Of a DNA stretch of 64,000 bases, positions 19,507-30,071 are shown one piece after another; position 1 is the first letter of the stretch; each line of letters begins with the position of its first letter. The stretch is from an uncultured bacterium (GTDB lineage: Bacteria > Chloroflexota > UBA5177 > JANWHV01): positions 896,001 through 960,000 of the forward strand of contig CAWHAE010000009.1 in assembly GCA_963827235.1 (NCBI GenBank). Reading direction: 5' to 3'. The translations under genes and the position numbers were made by a program. A model generated the notes under the pieces. That model was not told where the DNA came from and did not search any database. It worked only from the letters and a program-made list of their open reading frames with translations.

Positions 19507-19785
19507 ATGTCGACGATGCCATTTCTTTCACCGACCACCCTGCGTGCCGATGCCTGGGAGCGCGAGATGCTGCGCTCGCTCGTGCTGGCCGACAGGCTGG
19601 GCGTCCACCTGTCGCCATCCGTGCTCGCGGAGTATGACGTGCGAGACCTGCAGCGCCTCCAGTGGGCGCTGAAGACGGCCGACGAAAAGCCCGGCTGGTG
19701 GCACCGCATTCGCGGACGGTGGTCGCAGTCGCCGGCGCGCGGACTGTTCTTCCGCGCGGTCGCCACGGGCAGCCGCCCGGCTTGA
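19507..19785 (+). CDS. Small hypothetical protein divergent from LysR
   Basis: GAGGAG RBS before ATG; 92 codons. Confidence 0.5.
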   Translation: MSTMPFLSPTTLRADAWEREMLRSLVLADRLGVHLSPSVLAEYDVRDLQRLQWALKTADEKPGWWHRIRGRWSQSPARGLFFRAVATGSRPA

Positions 19786-19974
19786 CGGGCGGAACGCGTC
19801 GGGCAGCGGGGCGGCGGTCTCACCGCGATGCAGGCTCTGACGGGCGCTCCCGGAGGCGGCCGAGACGGCCGCGGTCCCGGGATTGCCGGAGTGTAGCCCT
19901 GAGTCGCCGAGTGGATGCTCGAGCCGGCCCCGGCTCTTGCCAGCGCACGGCTCGGTAGTGCATGCTAAGCCTGT

Positions 19975-21363
19975 ATGAACGCCGAGTTGGAGAGGCGCAT
20001 CCGCGAGCGCACGGCGCAGGTCTGCGTGATTGGCCTGGGCTACGTCGGGCTGCCCCTGGCAACGGAGTTCGCCGAGGCCGGCTACCACGTGGTCGGTGTC
20101 GACCTGGACACGACCAAGATCGAGTCGCTGCGCGCCGGCACGAGCTACATTCCGGACGTGCCGTCCAGCCGCCTGGCGCCGCTGGTGCAGGTTGGCAAGC
20201 TGTCGGCGACCACCGACTATCAGGCGCTCGACCCATCGCCGGACGCGGTGTTCATCTGCGTGCCCACGCCGTACACCACCTTGAAGGTGCCCGATCTGAG
20301 CTATATCACGGAAGCCGCACGCGCCATCGCCGCGGCGCTGCGACCGGGCCAGCTCGTGGTGCTCGAGAGCACGACGTACCCGGGCACCACGGAGGAGCTG
20401 GTGCTTCCCATCCTGGAGGGGGCGGGCGACCTCATGCACGAGCGCGATTTCTTCCTTGCCTTCTCGCCCGAGCGCATCGACCCCGGCCATTCGCACTACG
20501 ACATCGGTACCGTGACCAAGGTGGTGGGCGGGGCCGGACCCGAGGGCGGGCGGTTGGCCTTGCTGCTGTTCGAGAGCGTGGCGCCGGGGAAAGTGCACGC
20601 CGTGTCCTCGGCCCGGGCGGCGGAGATGGCCAAGCTGCTGGAGAACACCTTTCGCAGCGTGAACATCGCGCTGGTGAACGAGCTGGCCATGCTGGCCGAG
20701 CGGATGGGACTCGACATCTGGGAAGTGATCGACGCCGCGTCGACGAAGCCCTTCGGCTTCATGCCCTTCTATCCCGGCCCGGGCGTGGGCGGCCACTGCA
20801 TCCCGGTCGATCCGTTCTACCTGAGCTGGAAGGCACGCGAGTTCGACTTCTACACGCGGTTCGTGGAGCTGGCAGCGGAGACGAACGACAACATGCCGTT
20901 CCACACCGTCGACCTGATCGCCAGGGCGCTGGACAGTCATCAGCGATCGGTCAACGGCTCGCGCATTCTGGCCCTGGGCGTGGCGTTCAAGCGCGACGTC
21001 GACGACGCGCGCAATTCGCCGTCGCAGCGCGTGATCGAGCTGTTGCGCACGCGGGGTGCCGACGTACGCTACCACGATCCGCATGTGCCGGTGTTTCGCG
21101 TCTCCGGCACGGTGTTCGGCAAGAACGGATCCACGGACCTGCGATCCGTGCCGCTCTCGGATGAAGAGCTGGGTGAGGCGGATGCCGTGGTCGTCCTGGT
21201 AGCGCACAGCGCGATCGACTTCACCCGGGTTGCCCGTGGCGCGCAGATCCTGGTGGACACGACGGGCGCCACTCGGCAATCTTCCCGTGCGGATATCTGG
21301 CGTCTCGGCGCCCCTGCTCCGAGCGGAGAGGCGGGGCGCCGCGCCGGCGTAGCCACTCCTTGA
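19975..21363 (+). CDS. Nucleotide-sugar dehydrogenase (UDP-GlcNAc/ManNAc 6-dehydrogenase type)
   Basis: GLGYVGLP, ESTTYPGTT, SPERIDPG, catalytic GGHCIPVDP, AFKRDVDDARNSP. Confidence 0.93.
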   Translation: MNAELERRIRERTAQVCVIGLGYVGLPLATEFAEAGYHVVGVDLDTTKIESLRAGTSYIPDVPSSRLAPLVQVGKLSATTDYQALDPSPDAVFICVPTPYTTLKVPDLSYITEAARAIAAALRPGQLVVLESTTYPGTTEELVLPILEGAGDLMHERDFFLAFSPERIDPGHSHYDIGTVTKVVGGAGPEGGRLALLLFESVAPGKVHAVSSARAAEMAKLLENTFRSVNIALVNELAMLAERMGLDIWEVIDAASTKPFGFMPFYPGPGVGGHCIPVDPFYLSWKAREFDFYTRFVELAAETNDNMPFHTVDLIARALDSHQRSVNGSRILALGVAFKRDVDDARNSPSQRVIELLRTRGADVRYHDPHVPVFRVSGTVFGKNGSTDLRSVPLSDEELGEADAVVVLVAHSAIDFTRVARGAQILVDTTGATRQSSRADIWRLGAPAPSGEAGRRAGVATP

Positions 21364-21848
21364 CGGCTGTCCCGACAGCGCGACATACTGGGCGTGATCC
21401 ATCGTGGCTCCGCTTGGTTGAAGGGAGTGGCACCTTGGCATTGGTCCCTACAATGGGCAGCGCTCAAGAGGTCGGGCAGATCGACGAGCCGGCAACCAGT
21501 GTGAGCTAGCGCCAGACGGGTTCCTCGCATCGCCGCTATGAGGCAGTCATTGCCTGGCACGGCTGGTTCTCTCCTCGTATCGCCGTCTGAGCAATGGGTC
21601 GCCGGTGCGTTGTCGTTGTGCCCTCACGGCCAGCTCGGTAGAGGACGTATTTCCGTGCCCTGAAGCAGCGTCGGGCCCGGATCCAGGTGTCTCGCCGCCA
21701 CGGCCGGCATCGGATGGACGCTCCGGGACTCACCTCGGGAGGCCCGGTGCGCCTGCGCGTGTCCCGCCCCTGACCCGATGGCAGGATCTCTTGACGCTAC
21801 CCCTCATGCTGCCGTCACTTCTTTGCACAGTGAAGCGCGGAGGGACAG

Positions 21849-23106
21849 ATGCGCACTATAGGCGCCTACCCGATCTACCTCGTACTCAACGGCACGATGT
21901 CGCTGTCCTTGTCGATGGTGTTCGCCATCGAGATGGTCTACCAGATCAGGGGTGTGGGGCTCAACCCACTGCAGCTCGTGCTGGTCGGCACCGTGCTGCA
22001 ATGCGTGCATCTCGTGTTCCAGACCCCGATGGGCATACTGGCCGACATCTACAGCCGCCGGCTGGCAGTAGTGATTGGATTGCTGCTGCTCGGGATCGGC
22101 TACGTGGTCGAGGGCGCGCAGGCCTCGTATGTGGCCGTACTTGCGGGCACGGCAATCGGCGCGTTCGGTTACACAATCATCAGCGGCGCCGACTCGGCAT
22201 GGATCGCCGACGAGCTGGGCACGGACCGCGCGGGTCACGCTTACCTGCGGGCGGCGCAGGTGGGATTTGTCGCCGGTCTGCCGGCTATCGCGATCAGCGC
22301 GGCGCTCGGCAGTGTACGTCTCAATCTGCCGATCGTCCTGGCCGGCAGCCTGTTCATCCTGCTGAGCATCTTCCTGGCGCTGCTGATGCCGGAGCAGCAT
22401 TTTTCACCGGCCGGTCGCGCGGATCGCTCCTCCTGGCAGCAGATGGCGCACATCCTGCGGGCCGGCCTGCACCTGGTTCGTCTGCGACCGGCCTTACTCA
22501 CCATCCTCGGTATAGGAGTGTGCTACAGCGTGTTCTCCGCCGGCTTCGATCGACTGTGGTCGTTTCACCTGCTGGCACACTTCACCTTTCCCACGGCCGG
22601 CGGGCTGACCGTGGTGATCTGGTTCGGCATCATCGAGGCCGGGATCAACGTGGCGGGTTTGGTCGGCACCGAGCTTGCCAGGCGACGGGTCGACTGGAGC
22701 AGTCGTCGTGCCGTGGTTTGGGCGCTGTTCTCCGTGGACGTGCTGACGCTCGCACTCGTGACAGGGTTCGCGGTCGCCCGGCAGATCGGTCCGGCGCTGG
22801 CGTTGTTCTGGCTCACGACGGTGGCGCGCAGTCCCCGCGGGCCGCTGGAGACGACGTGGATGAACCTGGAGCTCGAATCCGGCCGTGCGGGCTACGGTCT
22901 TCTCCCTGCGCGCGCAGATCGGCGCCCTGGCCGGGATTGCCGGCGGACCCCTGCTGGGTGCTATCGCCACGGATCACGGCACTGTCGCATCGCTGATCGC
23001 GGCTTCCGCAGCCATCGTGCCGGCCCTGTGGCTCTACAGGCGGTCGCTCAAGCGGGGTGAGGGGAATGGGAATGGCCCGGTGCCGCGTAGCCGCTCACAT
23101 GAGTGA
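21849..23106 (+). CDS. MFS efflux transporter, TetA(P)-like (frameshift near 22880)
   Basis: LNPLQLVLVGT, ADIYSRR and SGADSAWIADE motifs; C-terminal RATVFSL...IAGGPLLG in a shifted frame. Confidence 0.85.
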
Positions 23107-23690
23107 CGCGGAGCGATTCCGGCAGCAGCTGGCCGAGAAGCGGATCTGCGAAAACTGGCCGGGCGCGCGGGTGATCGACGGTTGAGCAGCCGGCACTCAG
23201 GGCCGCGAGTGGCGGGAGGGGAGGGAACGGCAACGGTACCTCCCGCTGCGGCAGGAAGGAAGGGACGGGGCTGGCCGCGGCCGGTTGTGGCGCGCGAGAT
23301 GAATTCAGTCCGCTGGGATGGCGCGGCCTCAGCGGCGCTATCGGGGACTTCGGTCCCAGGTGGATCGGGGGACTTTGGCCTGCGGTTGCGATCGCCATGG
23401 CAGCAAAGGGGAGGCTGCGGTCCTGGGTTGGCGCGGGCTGCCGGCCTCTGGCGGCGACCGGGTGCGCCGGCGGGGGAGTTGGTGCGTCTGAGCGGCAGTG
23501 GTGAGGAGAACTGTCCCAGTGGAAGGGCGCGCAGTATCCAGCGATGGGGCGTGAGGCTGCGATGAGCGGTGCCTTCGCCGCGGCAAGTCAGGACGCCAGG
23601 CGTCACGACGTCAGGGCATCGGGAAGTCGGGCGCCCGGATGTTGGGACTCAACCCTTGCGCGCGACGGCACCGTCCACTAAAATTGACGA

Positions 23691-24257
23691 ATGGCTACTA
23701 CTGTAGATAGATCGGGCACGCAGCTTGCTCGCCGGTTGCGCCTGGAGCGGGACGCGCGGGGCTGGTCCCTGGCGGATCTGGCCGACCGCTCGGGTGTGTC
23801 CAAGGCGACGATCAGCAAGATCGAGCGCGAGGAGGTGAGCCCAACCGCCGTCATCCTGGTCCGGCTGGCCGGCGCCTTCGATCTGACCCTGGCGGGCCTG
23901 CTGCTGCGCGCGGAGGGTGAGGGGGACCGGCTGTCGCGATCGGCAGAGCAGCCGGTCTGGCGCGACCCTGAAACGGGCTACGTGCGCAGGCAGGTGTTCT
24001 GCCGGCCCGATCACCCGCTGGAGATCGTTCGGGTCGAGCTGCCGGCCGGGCGCCGGGTCGTGCTGCCGGCCTCCTCTTACGCGCACATCCGCCAGGCCGT
24101 TTGGGTGCAGTCGGGCGATCTGACCCTCTGGGAAGGCGGCGATCGGTATCTGCTTGGTGCCGGCGACTGCCTGGGGTTCGGTCCGCCGTCCGCGGTGACC
24201 TTCGCCAACGATACCGCCGTGCCATGCGTCTATGTCGTGGCACTGGCTCGAGGCTAG
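23691..24257 (+). CDS. XRE-family HTH regulator with cupin domain
   Basis: WSLADLADRSGVSKATISKIER; WRDPETGYVRR and LGAGDCL cupin motifs. Confidence 0.92.
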   Translation: MATTVDRSGTQLARRLRLERDARGWSLADLADRSGVSKATISKIEREEVSPTAVILVRLAGAFDLTLAGLLLRAEGEGDRLSRSAEQPVWRDPETGYVRRQVFCRPDHPLEIVRVELPAGRRVVLPASSYAHIRQAVWVQSGDLTLWEGGDRYLLGAGDCLGFGPPSAVTFANDTAVPCVYVVALARG

Positions 24258-24262
24258 CGGCC

Positions 24263-24835
24263 ATGGCGGAGATCAGCATTGCGCCACTGACCGGCTCGCC
24301 GGGGATCCGCGGGGCGCTGAGCGAGATCCTGGTCGAAGTGGTGGCGAACGGCGGCTCGGTGAGCTTCATGCACCCGCTGGCCCTGGAGGCGGCGGGAAGA
24401 TTCTGGGAGAGCGCGCTTGTCTCCGCTGCTCGGGCTGAACGGATTATCCTGGGCGCCTTCGACGGCGAGTGCCTGGTGGGGACGGTGACCCTGCTGCTCA
24501 ACTGCCCGCCCAATCAACCGCACCGGGCCGAGATCGCCAAGCTGATGACCCGCCTGAGCCATCGCGGCCGAGGAGTGGCGACGGCACTGATGGAAGCTGC
24601 CGAGCGCGCCGCAGTCGAGCGGGGACGAACACTGCTTGTGCTGGACACCGCGGCCGAGGGCGGCGCCTCCAGGCTGTACGAGGCTTTGGGATATACGCTG
24701 GCAGGCGTGATTCCGGACTACGCCCTCAAGCCGCACGGCGGTCTGACCGCGACCAGGATTTACTGGAAGCGGATCGGAGCGCGGTGCTCTGAGCTGCCGT
24801 CGCCAAGCCCCCTACACTCGGATGGCAGCGGATGA
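24263..24835 (+). CDS. GNAT N-acetyltransferase
   Basis: NQPHRAEIAKL, RGRGVATALM, LLVLDT, RLYEALGY, PDYAL motifs. Confidence 0.92.
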   Translation: MAEISIAPLTGSPGIRGALSEILVEVVANGGSVSFMHPLALEAAGRFWESALVSAARAERIILGAFDGECLVGTVTLLLNCPPNQPHRAEIAKLMTRLSHRGRGVATALMEAAERAAVERGRTLLVLDTAAEGGASRLYEALGYTLAGVIPDYALKPHGGLTATRIYWKRIGARCSELPSPSPLHSDGSG

Positions 24836-24941
24836 GGCGACACAAGGAAGTGGCTGGGACGGACAGCTGCCCAAGGATAACGAAGGTCGTCGAGCAGCCC
24901 GGCCGGATCCTGCCGAGGGACCGTGGGTAGCGCGCGCCGTC

Positions 24942-25694
24942 TCACGTCCAGCGGATGCGCACCATCTTCCGCCAGAGATCGAGCAGATCGACGTCGCCGC
25001 GCACGTCAAGCCCGTCATAGGTACGCCGGTTCCAGAGCAGAAGGTGTAGGTCTGAGGCGCCTGCGCACACCGTGCATTCGGCGGCAGCGGTCTCCAACCG
25101 GACCTCTATGCCTTCCGGCAGGATGTTGACGAGCCAGTCGCGGTCCGCGTCCGTAGCCTGCAGCGCCAGGGTCCTGTGCGTTTCGCTGCGCAGGCGGCCG
25201 CCGGGACGGCTGGCGAAGCCCAGCAGGATCTCGTCGATGCCGTCGGCAGCGAAGTCGGGCGGGTACGGCGTGATGCTGCCCGTGGCGCTCTCGACGTCGG
25301 CGCGGTGGATGCCGGTCTCGTGTGCCTGACGGCGGGCCCAGAAGGCCAGCGGGGACGGCGCGGCGAGAAAGGACCAGCAAGCGAGGTCCGCGGGCGCGCT
25401 TTCCAGCGCCTGCACGAGCGCGGCATGGCCGGCGCGGAACCACTCGATCAGGCGGTCGTCCGCGGGCGCGCTGTCGAAGCAGGCGTCTTCCTCCTCCTTG
25501 CTCGGCGGCACGGTCAGGCGCCCGGCGACGGAGGCGGTGGCCCAGCGATGGACGCCTCCGAGATGTCGCACCAGGTCGCGCATTCTCCAGTCGGGGCACG
25601 ACGGGATCGCCGCGGAGAACTCGGTACGCTCGGCGGCAGCGGCAAACAGGGCGCCTTCACGGCGCAGGGCGGCGATATGGGTCTTGATTTCCAT
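24942..25694 (-). CDS. Maleylpyruvate isomerase family (MDMPI/DinB superfamily) enzyme
   Basis: PSCPDWRMRDLVRHLGGVHRWA, RRQAHETGIHRAD, AADGIDE. Confidence 0.9.
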   Translation of the reverse strand: MEIKTHIAALRREGALFAAAAERTEFSAAIPSCPDWRMRDLVRHLGGVHRWATASVAGRLTVPPSKEEEDACFDSAPADDRLIEWFRAGHAALVQALESAPADLACWSFLAAPSPLAFWARRQAHETGIHRADVESATGSITPYPPDFAADGIDEILLGFASRPGGRLRSETHRTLALQATDADRDWLVNILPEGIEVRLETAAAECTVCAGASDLHLLLWNRRTYDGLDVRGDVDLLDLWRKMVRIRWT

Positions 25695-25902
25695 GGAGCA
25701 GTCTATCCGTCCTTCCTGGTAATTCGGGCGTGCCGAGCGAGAGTGGGCGGCGGGCGGCGGTCTCGCGTGGCGTGCCTATGAGTGCACGATAGACCATGTG
25801 CGCGCACGGTCAAGCATTCTGTCCGGATAAGTGTGCGGACCGGCGCGGCGTCGTGGCAGTACCGTCCCGCGCGGCCCGCTACCGCGCCCGGAGAGCCGGG
25901 AC

Positions 25903-26670
25903 TCAGGACTGTATGGCCGCTCTGTCTGCAGCGATCAGCGCGCGCAGGGCGCCGGCGGCGGTCCGGATCATGGTATCCAGGTACGCGCCGGCAGTGGCCG
26001 CGGTGATCGCACCTTCGCCCACGGCGTTGACCACGACCAGGATGGTGCCGGCACGGAGGCTGCGGATGCTGCTGACCACGAACAGGGTAGCCGCCTCCAT
26101 ATCGGCACAGAGGACGCGCGCTTCGGACCACATGCGGTTGGCGCTACCGCCGCCCAGGGCGTTGATCGGGATGCTGTGCGGCGCCAGGTCGGCGTAGAGC
26201 GCATCGCTGGAGCGAACGACACCCGTGTAGGCGCGCGCGCCCTGTGCCCGCGCGCTCTCCTGCAGGGCGAGCACGGTATCGAGATGCGCCACCGCGGGGT
26301 AGCTCAGGGGCAGATACTGGCTGCTGGTGCCCTCGTCGCGCACGGCGGCCTGCGCGATCACGAGGTCGCCGTTGCGCAGGTAGTTCTGCATGGCCCCGCT
26401 CGTGCCGACGCGAATCAGGGTATCGGCCCCGATGGCGGCCAGCTCCTCTACCGCGATCGCGGTAGAGGGCCCACCGATGCCGGTAGAGGTCACGGAGACG
26501 CGCTCGCCGTCCAGGGAACCGGTGTAGGTGGTGAACTCACGGTTCTGCGCTATCAGCCGCGCGTCGTCGAACTGGGCCGCGATCGGCGCGCACCGCCCCG
26601 GGTCTCCCGGCAGCAGGACGTACCGGCCGACATCGCCGGGCTTGCAGCGAATGTGATATTGCTCGTTCAC
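25903..26670 (-). CDS. udp: Uridine/nucleoside phosphorylase
   Basis: QYHI, LLPGDPGR, STGIGGPSTAIAVEEL, RVGTSG, DMEAATL. Confidence 0.88.
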   Translation of the reverse strand: MNEQYHIRCKPGDVGRYVLLPGDPGRCAPIAAQFDDARLIAQNREFTTYTGSLDGERVSVTSTGIGGPSTAIAVEELAAIGADTLIRVGTSGAMQNYLRNGDLVIAQAAVRDEGTSSQYLPLSYPAVAHLDTVLALQESARAQGARAYTGVVRSSDALYADLAPHSIPINALGGGSANRMWSEARVLCADMEAATLFVVSSIRSLRAGTILVVVNAVGEGAITAATAGAYLDTMIRTAAGALRALIAADRAAIQS

Positions 26671-26853
26671 CTTGTCCCCCCCCTTGCGCTCGACGCCTCC
26701 GTGGCGTCCTTCCGTGGCCAGCCCGCCCTCGTGCTGGCTGTACGGTACCGGCAGCGCAAGCTCGGCGGCAAGGAGGGTCCGCGCCGCGCCCGCTTCCCTA
26801 TAGTCAGGCCCAAGGTGGTGGGCAGCACGACCACCTACCACTGGCGCAGCGCC

Positions 26854-28575
26854 ATGACGGGCTACGACGCGTACGGCGATCAGACGAGCAGCATCGACGG
26901 GCGCGGGGTGAACGTGCCCGACACGACGACCTCGGCGACGGCGCCCAGCATCAGCCCCAACGGCCAGGCCGCCACCTACACCAGCCAGTGGACCTACACG
27001 ACGGCGGGCGACGTGCACACGAGCGTGACGCCGCCTACCACGACGACGCTGAACGGGAACACCAACACGGCGCCGGTCACGCCCACCTTTGGCTACGACG
27101 GCGACGGCAACCAGACCTCCGTGCTGGACGGCAACGGCAACACGACTGCGACGAGCTACGACCACCTGGGCCGGGTGACGAGCACGACGCTACCGCAGGT
27201 GACGCTCTACACCGGCGGCAACGCCACGCCCACGAGCGCCGTCACCCACGACGGGGACGGCAACGCGGTGAGCACCACCGACGGAGCAGGCGGGACGAGC
27301 ACGGCCAGCTACGACCCGCTGGGCCGCATCGTGAGCAGCGCCAACCAGATCGGCGAGACGACGATCTTCACCTACACGGCGACGGAAGACGCCGCCACGC
27401 GCGACCCGCAGGGGAACGTCACCACCTATGGCACCTACGACGCGGCGGGCCGGCTGGGCCAGGTGACGGATGGGTCGAGCCGCACGCAGCAATTCACGTA
27501 CGACAACGCCGGCATCGTGACCGGCGTGACCACCGGTAGCTCAGGTAGCCCGGTGCAGACGGAGACGCGCACCTACGACGCCCTGAACGAGCTGGCCACT
27601 GACACCGTCTCCGGCCCCAGCACCTCGGCACAGACCACCACCCTCAGCTACGACCTGCACGGCAACCTGGTGCGGCAGGACCATGCCAACGGCGACGTGA
27701 CCTTCACCAGCTACGACCTGGCCGGCGACGCGACCAGCAGCGAGCGCGACCCCAACAACGCCACCCTGCCCACGCACAGCAGCCAGGAGTGTGTGAGCCA
27801 GGACCAGGCAGCGAACACCACCAGCGGCACGGATTGGGACAGCCAATCTACCCAGCTGACGATCGACGGCGCCGAGCGGCTGACGGCAGGCACGAACAGC
27901 TACGGCAGCACGATCAGCACCAGCTTCGACCCCAACGGCAACGTGCTCAAGCTCTCCGAGACGGCGGGCACCACCAACAGCACGGACTCGTTCGGCTACA
28001 ACGCGGCCAACTGGGCCACGAGCAGCACGGACGGCACGCTGAGCACGAGCTACGGCTACGACGGTGCCGCACGGCTGCGCACCTTCAGCATCGCGGCACC
28101 GGCAGGCACGGTGAGCATCACGCTGAACGCGGCCGGCCTCTCCACCGCCATCTCCGACGGCACCTACGCCACCGGCATCACGCGCAACGGCAACGACCTG
28201 CCCGCGCAGATCAGCCTGCCGGGCAGCGTGGCCCAGCACGGGCAGTACGACGGGGCAAGTCGCACCACCTACGTGGACGCCATCGGGCCCACGGGGGTCA
28301 ACACTCCTGCAGGTCCCGTGGAGGTCACCACTGACGCTACCAAGGGGGTCTCGCAGATTGGGAATGAGCTCAGTCTTGCCGGCTCAAACGGAAATGTAAT
28401 TATATACGATGAGGGTAAGCTCATGTCGAACAAGGCGTTTGGCAATCTCTACGCGGAGTACGGTGGCCACGTTCTGCTCGCGCAGAGCGAGTCGCAGTTG
28501 ATCCAGGCGGAATACTACCGACGGAGCATGCTAGGGCTGTCAAACAAACCGGGATCGTGCGTGACCGGCCCTTGA
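26854..28575 (+). CDS. Rhs/YD-repeat protein fragment fused to a divergent C-terminal segment (possible toxin tip)
   Basis: Many YD repeats (YDGDGN, YDHLGR, YDPLGR, YDAAGR, YDLHGN); shift to AT-richer sequence after about 28305; no conserved core terminus; Rhs-like sequence begins upstream of the ATG, so 5'-truncated. Confidence 0.8.
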   Translation: MTGYDAYGDQTSSIDGRGVNVPDTTTSATAPSISPNGQAATYTSQWTYTTAGDVHTSVTPPTTTTLNGNTNTAPVTPTFGYDGDGNQTSVLDGNGNTTATSYDHLGRVTSTTLPQVTLYTGGNATPTSAVTHDGDGNAVSTTDGAGGTSTASYDPLGRIVSSANQIGETTIFTYTATEDAATRDPQGNVTTYGTYDAAGRLGQVTDGSSRTQQFTYDNAGIVTGVTTGSSGSPVQTETRTYDALNELATDTVSGPSTSAQTTTLSYDLHGNLVRQDHANGDVTFTSYDLAGDATSSERDPNNATLPTHSSQECVSQDQAANTTSGTDWDSQSTQLTIDGAERLTAGTNSYGSTISTSFDPNGNVLKLSETAGTTNSTDSFGYNAANWATSSTDGTLSTSYGYDGAARLRTFSIAAPAGTVSITLNAAGLSTAISDGTYATGITRNGNDLPAQISLPGSVAQHGQYDGASRTTYVDAIGPTGVNTPAGPVEVTTDATKGVSQIGNELSLAGSNGNVIIYDEGKLMSNKAFGNLYAEYGGHVLLAQSESQLIQAEYYRRSMLGLSNKPGSCVTGP

Positions 28576-28750
28576 GCCCTGTGCGCGAACTGCCCCTGCC
28601 GAGCCGACACCAGCGTCGGGCCGAGTGCAGGCGCGAGTGGCCCGTAGGCGCCACCAGGGCCGTCGTACCATGCGGCGGCCCCACCTGTCTCGCGGGATGG
28701 ACTTACGTGCTCGCGACAGCGCCGCCGGATGTGGGTCCACAGGAGACGCG

Positions 28751-29497
28751 ATGAGCGCTGGACTGTCGGTATGGCTTAGGGAGCCTCTGACCGAGGCGGG
28801 CTACGTACGCGTTGGGGACCGGCTGCGCACGCTGGCGCGGCAGGTGGGCTTCAGCCAAGAGGCGTCCGGCGAGACCATCGTCTCTTGGACCTTGATCGAT
28901 TTCTATCTTCCCGTCGATGGGGTAGAGGCGGGCGCCGATATCGCCTCAGTGTACGTAGACGTGGAGCTCGAGGACGGCAAGAGCGGCCTCGAGCTCCTGG
29001 AGTCGTATCCCGAGGCCCAGCGGCCACACCTCAGGGCGATGGGCCTTCTGGACGACCGGGAGCAATTTGAGGAGGCCTTGGGCTTCTTCCCGGCGCAGCG
29101 GCTGCGCTGCGCTGCGTTGGGCAAAGACAGGGTACCGGCGGCGCTGGTCGGCCATGTCGCCCTGCACCTGGCTGAGCTGCTGGACGGCTACATTGGCCTG
29201 GATGGAGATCCCGAGCTTCCGCCGATACGGCCGGAGCGGGTGGACTTCGAGCCGGAGGGCTCGAAGCTGTTTTCCTTCAGGCGCCCGCCCGGCACGCCGC
29301 TGCGGCCATCCGGTCCCGGCCGGGTGTTTGAGGTGTACCACACGTATGCGTTGCAACGCGGCGTGATCGAGATCGTCGACGGCAAAGAGTGGAATCGCCT
29401 TGCCCGTTGGTACCGGACGATCATGGACGCGGAGTACTTTCGCCACTGGTTCCATGAGGGCGGGCTAGACGCCTGGAGCTCGCCGCGCCGGCGCTGA
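28751..29497 (+). CDS. Hypothetical protein, probable Rhs immunity (resembles DUF6368 family)
   Basis: AGGAG RBS; directly downstream of the Rhs tip; LGFFPAQ...ALHLAELLDGYIGLDG pattern recognised from memory. Confidence 0.6.
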   Translation: MSAGLSVWLREPLTEAGYVRVGDRLRTLARQVGFSQEASGETIVSWTLIDFYLPVDGVEAGADIASVYVDVELEDGKSGLELLESYPEAQRPHLRAMGLLDDREQFEEALGFFPAQRLRCAALGKDRVPAALVGHVALHLAELLDGYIGLDGDPELPPIRPERVDFEPEGSKLFSFRRPPGTPLRPSGPGRVFEVYHTYALQRGVIEIVDGKEWNRLARWYRTIMDAEYFRHWFHEGGLDAWSSPRRR

Positions 29498-29564
29498 GCG
29501 AGCGCCGACGTAGCCTCATCGCGTGGCGGCATGGCACCGTGCGGTGGGAGAGGAGTCGAGGCAC

Positions 29565-30044
29565 ATGGCGGACTATCGGACGCTGGGGATCAGCGAGCCA
29601 CTGATGCGTGTCGTGAGCCAGGCCATCAACAACGGCCTCGCCTTGCTGCGGACGAGCGAGAGCCTGGTACCCGTGCTGTATTGCGGAGTGCCGGACGGTG
29701 AGATCCTGTCGATAGTGCTGGTCACCGATACGGCAGACCAGGCCATCGCCACCGGCCGCCTGGTCGTGGCGAGCGGAGCCAGCACCCTGTACGTGCTGAC
29801 CTACAGCGGCTTCGTGGGCGGCGGGGACTCGCCTACGCCGCGCACCCCGGCCATCCACGTCGAAGCATACGAGCGTGGCAAGGAGCACGGCGTGGGGCTG
29901 GCGATGCGCTACCGCCCGGCGGCGAGCCAGGATTTCGGCCCCATCGGCAGTCCCATCTACGTGGGGACGTTGCCGATGCCGGCGGCGGCCGCGTACCAGC
30001 CCGTCGTCGACTGGTATGAGAGGAAGCACCAGGCGCGCGCATAA
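29565..30044 (+). CDS. Hypothetical protein, possible orphan immunity protein
   Basis: GAGGAG RBS; located within the Rhs cluster. Confidence 0.6.
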   Translation: MADYRTLGISEPLMRVVSQAINNGLALLRTSESLVPVLYCGVPDGEILSIVLVTDTADQAIATGRLVVASGASTLYVLTYSGFVGGGDSPTPRTPAIHVEAYERGKEHGVGLAMRYRPAASQDFGPIGSPIYVGTLPMPAAAAYQPVVDWYERKHQARA

Positions 30045-30071
30045 CCTGGGCAGGGACAGCGTCGCCCACTC

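Noticed and set aside
21400-21848. Attenuator or leader peptide upstream of the TetA(P)-like MFS gene
   Set aside because: A 41-codon ORF at 21538-21663 exists but has no clear RBS, stalling motif or terminator with U-tract
25831-27165. Apparent overlap or fusion of the Rhs ORF and the uridine phosphorylase ORF
   Set aside because: Artefact of extended start calls; the likely starts (26670 minus, about 26854 plus) are divergent and do not overlap
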